A DNA stretch of 64,000 nt from an uncultured bacterium (GTDB lineage Bacteria > Krumholzibacteriota > Krumholzibacteriia > LZORAL124-64-63). Shown here in pieces: positions 25,353 to 35,065 of this stretch. Under the pieces are notes generated by a model, which saw only the letters and a program-made list of their open reading frames with translations, searched no databases and was not told the origin of the DNA. A program made the position numbers and the translations under genes. How positions within the stretch are numbered: the first letter of the stretch is position 1; every line of letters starts with the position of its first letter. The DNA lies in assembly GCA_937864225.1 (NCBI GenBank), contig CALMJK010000004.1, positions 11,700-75,699 of the forward strand. The letters run 5' to 3'.

Positions 25353-26864
25353 GTGGAACGCCGCGATCCGATCCTTCCCCGGGGCCTATGGCCGCTGCTC
25401 GTGTTGCTGGCGGCGGCGGCTATCTGGGCCGCGCTGGCCGGTCGCGATGAGCGGCGCTCGCGCGTCGGTCAGGCCGGCGCCGGCACGACGCTGATCGGTA
25501 TGACGCGGGACCGCGTCGATCTCCTGGCGGTCGATCTCGCGGATCGATCGCTCGAGTTGCGCCGCGGCCCCGACGGGTGGGCGTTCACCGGCGGCTTCGC
25601 CGATCGCATCGACGCCAACCGGGCGACCGATCTCGTACGGGAGCTGTGCGAGGCCCCCGCCGTGCCCCTGCTGCCGGGCGGCGGCGAATTCGACACCGTC
25701 GGCCTGGGTCTGTCGGGACACGAGTCCGTGCGGGCGATTCTCGGGGATCAGACGGGCCGGCGCGTCGAGTTGGTCGTCGGCCTGCGCAATCCGGTGCACG
25801 ACCTCTGCTACGCCCGCGTGGCAGGCCGCGAGGGCGCATGGGGCGTGGCGCCGCGCCTGCGGGTCCTGCTTCTCTCTCTGCCCAACGCGGTGCGCCTGCA
25901 GCGCCTGTGGCCGCTCTTCGACGTGGCGGGCGCGGACAGCGTCGCGCGCCATCTTGCGGGTGCGCCGCTGCCCGACCTGTTCGCGCGCGACGCCCGCGGC
26001 GCCTGGTGGGTGCGCGCGCCCGCGGCCGGCGTCGCCGGCGAAGGCGAGGGGTTCGCTGCATATGCCCGCATCTACGGCGATCGGGTCGAGCGCCGGGACG
26101 GTCACGTGTGGTGGCGCGCGCGCGATCGCGCGGTGCGCGAGTGGATTTTTCAGCTCGACGACGCGGTGCTGAGCGCGTTTGGCCTGCGCGACGCGCCGAT
26201 CGAGACGTTGCGCGCCCTTGGTCTCCGCCCGCCCCGCGCGTCGGTGCACGTCGCGCTGCGAAATGGCGACGAGATCGGCGCCGACTTCGGCGCCCCGGTC
26301 AGTCCAGGGCAAGTCGCTTGTTTGCGCGATGGTCGCCCCCACGTGTTGCATGCGCCGCAGGGCGTGAGCCAGCTGGCGCAACGGCCGTTGGCGACTTTTC
26401 TGAACGTGGACGTCCTCGCGTCGGGCGTCCAGGAAGCCGACTCGCTCTGCGTGGAGCGTCCGGCTGGCGACACGCTGCTGGCCAGGCGGCAGGGGCGCGC
26501 GTGGTCGGTTGACGGGCGATCGGAGGCGGTGGCCAGGCCGACGCCGGGCGAGCTGGCGCGGGATCTCGTGCTCAGCCTGGAGAGATTGGAGATCGTCGCT
26601 CCCCTGCCGCCCACGTTGAGCCAGGAGGAAGCCTTGCGGCCGCCCTTCGGCTACGTCGTGACGGTCTGGGGCGCGGGTCGTCCGCCTGCTGGAGAAATGG
26701 CGCAGTTCGGCCTGCCGGCGACGAACGGCGGCAGGGGCGAGGCGGACTCGTCAGCGGCGGTGGCTTGGTTCCCGGCTGACGGCAAGCGGCTGCTGATCGA
26801 CCGCCAGTTCCTCGTGAGCCTGCGCAATCTGTGCCTGTCGATCGCCGGCGACGGCAGCCCCTAG
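25353..26864 (+). CDS. DUF4340-like periplasmic partner of the Gld-type ABC module
   Basis: GTG 25353 after AAGGAGG; N-terminal TM; repeated W/LGL..P/G.Y.R elements; typical position after gldG. Confidence 0.6.
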   Translation: MERRDPILPRGLWPLLVLLAAAAIWAALAGRDERRSRVGQAGAGTTLIGMTRDRVDLLAVDLADRSLELRRGPDGWAFTGGFADRIDANRATDLVRELCEAPAVPLLPGGGEFDTVGLGLSGHESVRAILGDQTGRRVELVVGLRNPVHDLCYARVAGREGAWGVAPRLRVLLLSLPNAVRLQRLWPLFDVAGADSVARHLAGAPLPDLFARDARGAWWVRAPAAGVAGEGEGFAAYARIYGDRVERRDGHVWWRARDRAVREWIFQLDDAVLSAFGLRDAPIETLRALGLRPPRASVHVALRNGDEIGADFGAPVSPGQVACLRDGRPHVLHAPQGVSQLAQRPLATFLNVDVLASGVQEADSLCVERPAGDTLLARRQGRAWSVDGRSEAVARPTPGELARDLVLSLERLEIVAPLPPTLSQEEALRPPFGYVVTVWGAGRPPAGEMAQFGLPATNGGRGEADSSAAVAWFPADGKRLLIDRQFLVSLRNLCLSIAGDGSP

Positions 26865-26869
26865 CCCGC

Positions 26870-28312
26870 TCAGCCGCCGGACCGCCATGACGTCGTGGCG
26901 GAGGGGGATGGCGGGAAGGCTCCGGATGCCCCGTGGTCGACCAACACCGTGGCGCCCGCCGGTTGGGCCCACCAGGGCGGGAAAAGCAGCGTCACGCTTT
27001 CGCAGCGCGCGCCGGCGTCGGCCACGGCCAGATTGTCGAGCGCCTGGCCATAGAGGGCGACGCTGGCCAGGAAGGGCTCCCGCTGCGCCGCCGCAATCGG
27101 CGGCGCGGTTTCCACGCGCAGCCGGCGCGGATCGATCCATTGTCCGTTCTGCTTGACGCGATAGTCGAGATGCGGCCCCGTTGCCCACCCGGACGCGCCG
27201 ACGTAGCCCAGCACCTGACCCTGTCTCACCCGGGCGCCGGCGCGGATTCCGCTGCCGAAGCGGGAAAGATGGAGATAGCTCGTTTCGAGCCCCTTGTAGT
27301 CGTGCCGGATCTTGACGTAGCGGCCGGCTCCCGTCTGCACGCTCGCCTCGACGATGGTGCCCGCGGCGGCGGCATGCACGGGCGTGCCCAGCGGGGCGGC
27401 ATAATCGATGCCGTAGTGCGGCATCCGCTTCTTGTGGATCGGGTGCAGTCGGCTGAGCGAGAAGTGGCTGCTGATGCGCGAGTACTCGACCGGCGTGCGC
27501 AGCATCGCGCGCAGCAGACTGGCGCCGTCGGGTGCGAACCAGCCGGGGTCGCCGGGTTTCGTCTCGAAACGGAACGCGCGGTGAGCCTTGTCTCGCGTCA
27601 CCAGCTCGAGCGCGTGGATCGCGCCGACGCGCACAAAACGACCCTCGCGCAGGACTTCCTCGTACAAAATGCGGAACGTGTCGCCGCGGCGCAGGTCGCG
27701 GCTGAAGTCGATATTCCAACCCAGCACGTCGTCCATTTTCACGGCCAGGATCAACGGCGCGGCGGCCTGCTGCAGGCTCTCGTAAAGCGACGCGTTGATC
27801 GTGCCGCTCACGCCGACCAGGCGTCGCTCGATCGGATGGCTCTTTTCCTCGACCGTGAACCCGGAGCCGTTCCAGACGAACGACAAATAGGATTCCTCGT
27901 CCAGGTCGAAGCTGATGCCGCGCAAGGAGCCGTCGGGGCCCTGCGTCACGCGAAAGATCTCTCCGCGGCGCACGCGGCTGAGATTGCGGTAGGGGCGGCA
28001 TGTCTCGACCAGCGCGCGGAATTGATCGTGGGGCACGCCCAACCGGCGCATGGCGTCGTGGAAGGTTTCGTTGCGGTCGATCGCGACGGCCAGCTCTACG
28101 CCCGCGCCGACCAGATCGGCCGCGCGGGCGGCGACTGGTCTGAGCGCCGCTTCGCCGAGGCTGTCCAAGTGGGCGAGCAGGTCCAGACTCGCCCCGGCCA
28201 CGGCCAAAGGCCGGTCACTGGGCGGTCGGGGCGCGACCACGCCGTACACGACCGCGGCCAGGGCGGCGGCGGCCAGCAAGCCAGGAATGGATTGCGAAAT
28301 GCGACGGAACAG
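26870..28312 (-). CDS. M23 family peptidoglycan DD-endopeptidase (OapA/Csd3-like)
   Basis: HYGIDYAAPLGTPV, YLHLS and ATGPHLDY motifs; N-terminal anchor; CTG start at 28312 proposed, TTG 28279 alternative. Confidence 0.9.
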   Translation of the reverse strand: MFRRISQSIPGLLAAAALAAVVYGVVAPRPPSDRPLAVAGASLDLLAHLDSLGEAALRPVAARAADLVGAGVELAVAIDRNETFHDAMRRLGVPHDQFRALVETCRPYRNLSRVRRGEIFRVTQGPDGSLRGISFDLDEESYLSFVWNGSGFTVEEKSHPIERRLVGVSGTINASLYESLQQAAAPLILAVKMDDVLGWNIDFSRDLRRGDTFRILYEEVLREGRFVRVGAIHALELVTRDKAHRAFRFETKPGDPGWFAPDGASLLRAMLRTPVEYSRISSHFSLSRLHPIHKKRMPHYGIDYAAPLGTPVHAAAAGTIVEASVQTGAGRYVKIRHDYKGLETSYLHLSRFGSGIRAGARVRQGQVLGYVGASGWATGPHLDYRVKQNGQWIDPRRLRVETAPPIAAAQREPFLASVALYGQALDNLAVADAGARCESVTLLFPPWWAQPAGATVLVDHGASGAFPPSPSATTSWRSGG

Positions 28313-28460
28313 GACTTAGCCTCCTCGCTTCGGCGGATTTGGCATAAAATGGTCCATAAGCGCTCCGCCGGGCAAGACTTTTGTCAGATCTGCTTCATAC
28401 GGCACGAATTTGGCAAGAGTTCCCGGCCGGAATTGATTTCTCCGGCGGAGGTTGTCGCCC

Positions 28461-30485
28461 ATGAAAAGCCATTTTCTCTTTTGCATCGTGGCGCTGCTGG
28501 CCGCGGCGGCCTCGCCGCTGTCGGCGGGTGTGCTCCAGGGGGAGTCGTCGCAGCCCACGGGTCGTTTCGGCAGCGCGGTGAGCGAGCTTGAGGACCTTGA
28601 CGGCGACGGTTTCTGGGAAATCCTGGTCGGGGCGCCCGAACACGACGCCACCGGGACCAACGACGGCAAGGTGTATCTGTGGCTGGGCGGTCCGACCATG
28701 GCGGCGTCGGCCTGGCACACCTTCCCTGGCGACAACAACGAGCAGTTCGGCTTCGCGGTCGCGCGGGTGGGCGACGTGAATGGCGACGGGCAGCCCGACT
28801 TCGCAGTCGGCGCTCCGCGCTACAGCCTCACCGGCGCCGACCGGGGCCGCGTCTATGTCTTCTTCGGTTCCGCTGATCCGCCGACTTCCTGGGAACCCGC
28901 GGCCGTGCTCGAGTGTCCGAGCGCGACGAGCGGCCCGCAGTTCGGCTTCGCGGTCGCCGCGGCCGGCGATTTCAACGGCGACGGAATCGACGACCTGATC
29001 GTCGGGGCGCCTTTCGACGATACGATCGCCCTCGACGCCGGTTCCTCGTGGATCTTCTATGGCGACTCGTCCGTCGCGCAGCTCCAGACGCCCGATCTGC
29101 AGTTGTCGGGAGCCTTGGCGTACGACCATTTCGGCTGGTCGGTGAGCGACGTTCCTGACTTTTTCAACGATGGGAACGCCGCGGTCGTCGTGGGGGCGCC
29201 GGCCAACGGCGGCGTGAGCACGGACGCCGGTCTGGCGTACGTTTTCCGCGGCACCTCGTCGCCCTCGCCGGGACCCGACGCGGTCGCCGACGTCGTGCTC
29301 CAGAGCGCGGCGGCAGGCGCGGCCGACAACTGGTTCGGGTATTGCGCACGCGGCCTCGGCGATTGGGATGGCGATGGCGATGGCGATATCGCCGTCGGCA
29401 TTCCACAGGACGATGTGAACGGACTGCATGCAGGGCGCGTCGAGGTCTTTTTCGGGGGCACGACGCCGGACGGCGTCGCCGACCGCTACGCGGGCGGCGC
29501 CGACGGTGGCGATCTCTTCGGCTGGTCAATCGCCGACGCGGGCGACGCCACGGGCGATGCCCGCGCGGACGTGCTGATCGGGGCCCCGGGCGTGGCCGTC
29601 GAGGGAACCGGGGCGGGTCGGGCTTACTTGTTCGCCGGGGGATCGAGCGACGCGAACACTCCCGACGCGCTGGACCGGACGTTCTTGCCCGGCGGCACGG
29701 AGGTCGGCACCGCGGCCGGAGACGCTTACGGCGTTTGTGTCTCAGCAGCCGGCCTGCTCGACGCCGATGCCCTGGTCGACCTGGCGGTGGGCGCTCCCAC
29801 GGGCAACGTGGCCACCGGCGCGGTGTCGGGCTACGTGAGGCTCCACGGGAGCGCGGGTGAGATCGTGCCGGCTCTCTTGCAGTCCTGGGAGGCTTTCTGG
29901 ACCCGAGATGGCGCGGTCAGGCTGGTCTTCGCCCTGGCTGAGCCGCAGGCTGGCTTTGCCTGGCTCGCGCTCTGGCGCGAGACGCTCTCCGCCGACGGCG
30001 AAACGATGGATCGCAGCCTGTCGTGCGAGGGCGCGCCGGGCGCGGGGACTCTGCCGTTGGCCACGGTGGGGACCGCCTGGACGCTCACCGACCACCCCGC
30101 CCTGCTGCCGGCTGGCGCCTCGCTGGCTTATGCCCTGGTGCTGACCAGCCAGGAAGGCAAAACAGTCGAGTTGGCGGGCCTCGCTGGCCCGCGGTCCCTG
30201 GAGCCGGTGGCGATCGAATTGTTGCCTCCATCTCCAAATCCTTTTAATCCAATAACTTCCATCGTTTTTCGAGCCGCGGCGGGGGAGCATGTGGCCTGCC
30301 GCGTGTATGATCTGCGGGGGCGCCGCGTCGCGACGCTGCAGGAGGGCGTGGGAACCGGTCTGTGGCAGCGCGTGGTATGGGACGGGCACGATGCCCGCGG
30401 CCGGACCCTGCCGGCGGGGGCCTACGCCATCCGGGCCGAATCTCAGGGGCGGGTAGCCGGAGCGATCGTGATGCTGGCCAAGTAA
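28461..30485 (+). CDS. secreted FG-GAP/integrin-alpha beta-propeller protein with C-terminal FlgD-Ig/T9SS-like tail
   Basis: Signal peptide; about 7 repeats of FG.AV..GD.NGDG..D..VGAP; PNPFNP...VYDLRGRRVATL...WDG tail. Confidence 0.88.
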   Translation: MKSHFLFCIVALLAAAASPLSAGVLQGESSQPTGRFGSAVSELEDLDGDGFWEILVGAPEHDATGTNDGKVYLWLGGPTMAASAWHTFPGDNNEQFGFAVARVGDVNGDGQPDFAVGAPRYSLTGADRGRVYVFFGSADPPTSWEPAAVLECPSATSGPQFGFAVAAAGDFNGDGIDDLIVGAPFDDTIALDAGSSWIFYGDSSVAQLQTPDLQLSGALAYDHFGWSVSDVPDFFNDGNAAVVVGAPANGGVSTDAGLAYVFRGTSSPSPGPDAVADVVLQSAAAGAADNWFGYCARGLGDWDGDGDGDIAVGIPQDDVNGLHAGRVEVFFGGTTPDGVADRYAGGADGGDLFGWSIADAGDATGDARADVLIGAPGVAVEGTGAGRAYLFAGGSSDANTPDALDRTFLPGGTEVGTAAGDAYGVCVSAAGLLDADALVDLAVGAPTGNVATGAVSGYVRLHGSAGEIVPALLQSWEAFWTRDGAVRLVFALAEPQAGFAWLALWRETLSADGETMDRSLSCEGAPGAGTLPLATVGTAWTLTDHPALLPAGASLAYALVLTSQEGKTVELAGLAGPRSLEPVAIELLPPSPNPFNPITSIVFRAAAGEHVACRVYDLRGRRVATLQEGVGTGLWQRVVWDGHDARGRTLPAGAYAIRAESQGRVAGAIVMLAK

Positions 30486-30509
30486 TTGCCTCTACGAACG
30501 CTTGATTCC

Positions 30510-30548
30510 GGGGACCACCCTTTCGCTTCCAGGGGTGGTCCCCTTTTT
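30510..30548 (+). terminator. intrinsic terminator after the FG-GAP gene
   Basis: Stem GGGGACCACCC/GGGTGGTCCCC followed by TTTTT. Confidence 0.8.
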
Positions 30549-30589
30549 GCACCGCCGTGCACCGGTTCCATCCGCCGGCGCCGGAGGGC

Positions 30590-32248
30590 ATGGTTTTGCA
30601 CGGCGATCGGCGCGCGTCCGCGCTTCCTGCAAGGGGCGGCATTTTGAAGGGCCGGGACGACACGGAAAGCGGGATCGTTCTGATCGACCCAGCGGCGGCC
30701 ACTCCCGCGCCGGGCTCGGAAGCTGCGGGCTCGCCGCCCGCAGATCTCAAGATCTTCGTCACGGTGTTCTGCGCTCTTCTGCAGCAGGCCGTTAAGGTCG
30801 GCTGGATAGCGCGCGAGACGGTGGAAGGGACGCGCGCCGTGGCGCGGCTCGCGGCCGACTTGCACCGGCGAGCGGGCGGCTTCTCGCTGGCGGTGGGCAA
30901 GGATCACTTCCGGCATTGCGAATCGGGCGCTCGCCTGGCGGCCAGCGGGCGGGCCCTGCTGCAGCTGCTGCGCCTGTTTCACCGTCGCGGGCTGAGCGAA
31001 GTGCGCTTCGCGGCCAGTGTCACGCCGCTGGGGATCAAGAACCTGGCCCGGGCCCTGATCGAGCCGGACTGCGACCTCGCCGCGGTGCTGCCGCGAGACT
31101 GCGGGATCGAGACCTTCTCATCGCGCGGGGACGCTCCCACCGTCGTCATCCTGCACCAAGACGGCACGGAGGAGCCGGCCGACGCGCTGCGCGTGCCATT
31201 GGTTGTGCGAGATCGCGTCACGGATCCGCTGGCGCGCTTCAACGTCCCCGTGCCGCCGTCCAAAGCGCGCGCGGGGCTCGGGGCGGCCCCGGAGGTCGCG
31301 GTGAGTTGGTCGCCGCTGCCGCGCGCGCCGGCTCTCGAGTGCAAGGTCCAGCAGGTCTGCAAGGAGAACGACATCATCCGCGAGGCGGTCGCGCGCATGG
31401 CGAACGGCGGCGAACACCCGCTTCGTCCCGCCATCCTGACCGTCATCGATGCCATGGAGCAGCACGAACACTTGCTTCTCATGCTCGCCTCGCTGCGGCA
31501 GCACGATCTGTACACGTTCAACCACAGCTGCAACGTGGCGCTTCTGGCCACGACGATTGCCCGCTACCTGGGCGTGGCGGGCGTGGACCTGCAGCAGTTC
31601 GCCGCCGCGGCGCTGCTGCACGACATCGGAAAGCTCTACACGCCGTTGGCGGTCTTGAACAAATCGGGCAAATTCACGCCCGACGAGTGGAAGACGATGC
31701 GACGTCACCCCGTCGAGGGCATGGAGATCCTGATCGGCGCGGGTTTCGAGAACGAATACAGCGAACATGTGACGCTGATGCATCATGTTTCATTCGACGG
31801 CAGCGGGTATCCCACGCTGCCCAGCGCGGCCGCGGACCTCCACTCTCAAATCGTGCAGGTCGCGGACATATACGACGCCTTCACGACGATCCGGCCGTAC
31901 CGCCAGCAGGCGCGCCCGCGCGAGGTGCTGCAAGTGATGCAGGAAGAGGCGGGCAAGCAGTTCAATCCGGCCGTCGTGCAGGCCGTGGTCAGGCTCATGG
32001 GGGAGACCCCGATCGGCGCGGTGGTCAAGCTCGACAACGGGCAACTCGGCCTGGTCGCGGACATGGGTTCGACGCTCGACAACCGCCCCCTGGTGCGCCT
32101 GATCCAGGACGAGTTCGGCAACCGCCCGCAGACGCCGACCCTGCTCGACCTGTCGGCGCGTCGGCCCAAGACCGGCGAGTACGCCATCGACATCGTGGAG
32201 CTCGTGGATCCGGTCATCCGCAACATTCCGATCGGTCGCTACATCTGA
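30590..32248 (+). CDS. HD-GYP domain cyclic-dinucleotide phosphodiesterase
   Basis: TFNHS, LLHDIGK, HH.SFDGSGYP, VADIYDA and RPYR motifs; ATG 30590 after GGAGG. Confidence 0.88.
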   Translation: MVLHGDRRASALPARGGILKGRDDTESGIVLIDPAAATPAPGSEAAGSPPADLKIFVTVFCALLQQAVKVGWIARETVEGTRAVARLAADLHRRAGGFSLAVGKDHFRHCESGARLAASGRALLQLLRLFHRRGLSEVRFAASVTPLGIKNLARALIEPDCDLAAVLPRDCGIETFSSRGDAPTVVILHQDGTEEPADALRVPLVVRDRVTDPLARFNVPVPPSKARAGLGAAPEVAVSWSPLPRAPALECKVQQVCKENDIIREAVARMANGGEHPLRPAILTVIDAMEQHEHLLLMLASLRQHDLYTFNHSCNVALLATTIARYLGVAGVDLQQFAAAALLHDIGKLYTPLAVLNKSGKFTPDEWKTMRRHPVEGMEILIGAGFENEYSEHVTLMHHVSFDGSGYPTLPSAAADLHSQIVQVADIYDAFTTIRPYRQQARPREVLQVMQEEAGKQFNPAVVQAVVRLMGETPIGAVVKLDNGQLGLVADMGSTLDNRPLVRLIQDEFGNRPQTPTLLDLSARRPKTGEYAIDIVELVDPVIRNIPIGRYI

Positions 32249-32301
32249 AAGCCCGCTCCGCCAGGTTGTGCTAAGCTCGGCCTCGCGGGAGGCAGGACCG
32301 C

Positions 32302-33303
32302 TTGGACGTGATTCCCCAGTTCGAGTTGCACACCCACGTGGAAGGCGCGCTCACGCCGGCCCGTCTGGAGGCGCTGAGCGGGAGGCACGGCCGAACCGTC
32401 GAGCTGGGCGCGCGCCAGCTGCGCGCCGACCGGCTGTTCGATTTCACGGATTTCCACGGATTTCTGCGCTGCTATCGCGACGCGACCGCCTTCCTGAGCA
32501 CCCCGCTGGACTACGCGGACGTCGCCCACGATCTCGTGGCGATGCTCGTCGCCGACGGCGTCGTTCACTGCGAGGCGTCCGTATCCTACGGCGTTCTGCT
32601 GTGGCGCGGAATCAACCCGGAGCCGATCCAGGCGGCGTTGTGGGAGGTGGCGCAAGAGGCGCGGGAGCGGCACGATATGACCCTGCGGTTCATCCCCGAC
32701 GCGGTCCGGCAGTTCGGCGTTGAGCCGGCGCGCCGGGTGCTCGAAGCGGCGCTGCGCGCCGGCTGGCAGCGCGGCGTGGTGGGCTTCGGCATCGGCGGCG
32801 ACGAAATGTCGCGGCCGGCCGCCGAGTTCGCGCGGGTGTGCGAGGAGGCGCGCGAGGCCGGTCTGGGCGTGACGATCCACGCCGGCGAAGTGGGGGGCGC
32901 CGAGCAGGTGAGGGACGCGGTGTCATCGTGCGGCGCGACGCGGATCGGACACGGCATCGGGGCAGTGCTCGGACCGGTCGGCCCCGACGGCGCGCGGGTG
33001 GAACCGGCACCGGCAGAGGTCGAGGCGACCCTCGCCCTGCTGCGATCCAGGCGCGTGTTCATCGAGCTGTGCCCCGGCGCCAATCGTCGTCTGAACCTCG
33101 TCCCCGCCGGTCGCACCTGGCCCTGGGGCCGCTTCCTGGAGGCAGGCGTGCCGTGCGCCCTCAACACCGACGACCGCGGTTTCTTCGGACTGGACCTCAG
33201 GGGAGAGTACGCGCGCGCCGCAGCGGAAGGCGGTTTCAGCCCTCAGACCGCCCAGCAGTGTCGGGAGGCGGCCAGGCGGGCGGCGTTCGCGGCGCCCCTG
33301 TGA
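32302..33303 (+). CDS. adenosine/adenine deaminase family amidohydrolase
   Basis: ELHTHVEG, HAGE, RIGHG and NTDD motifs. Confidence 0.88.
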   Translation: MDVIPQFELHTHVEGALTPARLEALSGRHGRTVELGARQLRADRLFDFTDFHGFLRCYRDATAFLSTPLDYADVAHDLVAMLVADGVVHCEASVSYGVLLWRGINPEPIQAALWEVAQEARERHDMTLRFIPDAVRQFGVEPARRVLEAALRAGWQRGVVGFGIGGDEMSRPAAEFARVCEEAREAGLGVTIHAGEVGGAEQVRDAVSSCGATRIGHGIGAVLGPVGPDGARVEPAPAEVEATLALLRSRRVFIELCPGANRRLNLVPAGRTWPWGRFLEAGVPCALNTDDRGFFGLDLRGEYARAAAEGGFSPQTAQQCREAARRAAFAAPL

Positions 33304-33313
33304 AGCAGGAGAA

Positions 33314-35011
33314 TCAGCCCGCGCCCAACTCCCTCAGCCGTTGGACCTCCGGCGCGATCTGTTCGTCCTCGATGCGCGGAAAGAGGATTTCGGCCTTCCC
33401 CACCGGGCGGCCCGCCGGCAAGGGGCGCTTGCCCTCGACGCAGCCGCCGCGGAACAGATCGCTCTCCATGCCGAGCCAGGCCCACACTTTCGCAGCGGCG
33501 AACGGCGTGACCGGCGCAAGCATCAGGGTGAGCAGCCGCACGATCTGGAAGGCGACGCCCAGACTCTGGGCGCAGCGGACGGGGTCGTCCTTGCGGGTGC
33601 GGAACGGCGCGGACTCGTCGAAGTAGCGGTTTCCCGCCTTGCCGGCCTGGAACATGGCCTCGACCGCGTCCTTGAAGTCGAACGTCTGCACGCACTCCGT
33701 GAAGCGGTCCAGGCACGCGGCCACCTCGCCGATCGCGGCGCGATCGACCTGGGTCATCGCCGACTCGGACCATGACGGGACCCGCCCGTCGAAGTATTTG
33801 TGGGCGAAGGCGAAGACGCGGTTGATCAGGTTGCCGAAGTTGTTCCCCAGCTCGTTGTTGTTGCGCGCCTGGAACCCCTCCCACGAAAAATCGGTGTCGC
33901 GTGCCTCGGGCAGATTGCGCGCCAGGGCGTAGCGCAGCGCATCGGCGGGGAACTTCGCCAGGTAGTCGGGGAGCCAGACGGCGTAGCCGCGGCTCGTCGA
34001 CAGCTTGTTCCCCTCGAGGTTGAGGAACTCGTTGGCCGGCACATTTTCGGGCAGCACGTACGGCTCGCTGTGCGCCATCAGCATGGCGGGGAACATGATG
34101 GCGTGGAAGACGATGTTGTCTTTGCCGATGAAGTGGATCAGGCGCGTGTCGGCGCCCTGCCACCAGGTCCGCCAGGCCTCCGGCGCGCCTTGCTCCGCCG
34201 CCCACTCGCGGGTCGCGGAGATGTAGCCAATGGGCGCGTCGAACCAGACGTAGAGCACCTTCCCGTCGTGGTCCGGCAGCGGGACAGGCACGCCCCACGG
34301 TAAGTCGCGCGTGACGGCCCGGTCGTCGAGTCCCTGCTCGAACCAGCCGCGGCAATAGTTCAGGACGTTCTCCTTCCAGTGCGTCTTGCCGGCCAGCCAG
34401 GCCTGCAGGCGCGGTTGCCAGTCGCCAAGCGGCAGGAACCAGTGCCGCGTGGCGCGGGTCTCGGGCGAGTGTCCGCAGGTCGCGCAGCGCGGCTCGACGA
34501 GCTCGACTTGGTTGAGCGCCGTACCGCACTTTTCGCACTGGTCGCCGCGGGCTCCCGGCTTGCCGCAGCGCGGACACGTTCCCTCGACGTACCGGTCGGC
34601 GAGGAAGCGCGCGCAGGTCGCGCAGAAGAATTGGTCCGTGGTTTTTTGCTTCAGCAGACCGCGGCCATGGAGGTCGAGGAAGAAGGCACGGCTCGTTTCG
34701 GCGTGAATCGGCCGGCTCGTCTGCGAAAAATTGTCGAAGGCGATGCCCAGCGCGACGAACGAGCCACGGATCGACGCGTGGTTGCGATCCACGAACTCCT
34801 TGTACGGCACGCCGAGCGCCTCGGCGGTCTTGGTGATGGGCACGCCGTACTCGTCGGTGCCGCAGATGAACAAGACGTCGCGCCCGAGCAACCGCAGCGT
34901 GCGAACGTAGATGTCGGCTGGCAGGTAGGCACCGGCAAGATGGCCGAGGTGCAGGTCGCCGTTGGCGTACGGCAGCGCGGCGGTGACGAGCGTGCGCGGC
35001 GGTCTGGTCAA
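33314..35011 (-). CDS. metG: methionine--tRNA ligase, short form without C-terminal tRNA-binding/dimerisation domain
   Basis: LPYANG..HLGH, four CxxC knuckle motifs, YVWFDAPIGY and KLSTS. Confidence 0.97.
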   Translation of the reverse strand: MTRPPRTLVTAALPYANGDLHLGHLAGAYLPADIYVRTLRLLGRDVLFICGTDEYGVPITKTAEALGVPYKEFVDRNHASIRGSFVALGIAFDNFSQTSRPIHAETSRAFFLDLHGRGLLKQKTTDQFFCATCARFLADRYVEGTCPRCGKPGARGDQCEKCGTALNQVELVEPRCATCGHSPETRATRHWFLPLGDWQPRLQAWLAGKTHWKENVLNYCRGWFEQGLDDRAVTRDLPWGVPVPLPDHDGKVLYVWFDAPIGYISATREWAAEQGAPEAWRTWWQGADTRLIHFIGKDNIVFHAIMFPAMLMAHSEPYVLPENVPANEFLNLEGNKLSTSRGYAVWLPDYLAKFPADALRYALARNLPEARDTDFSWEGFQARNNNELGNNFGNLINRVFAFAHKYFDGRVPSWSESAMTQVDRAAIGEVAACLDRFTECVQTFDFKDAVEAMFQAGKAGNRYFDESAPFRTRKDDPVRCAQSLGVAFQIVRLLTLMLAPVTPFAAAKVWAWLGMESDLFRGGCVEGKRPLPAGRPVGKAEILFPRIEDEQIAPEVQRLRELGAG

Positions 35012-35065
35012 GAGGGCCTCCCGGCCGGGGGGAAAGCGCCCGGGCGGGCGCGACGGTGGCCCAAA

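Noticed and set aside
28560..29830. Recurrent nucleotide similarity that might be a CRISPR or tandem DNA repeat
   Set aside because: These are degenerate protein-level FG-GAP repeats, with no identical direct repeats separated by spacers.
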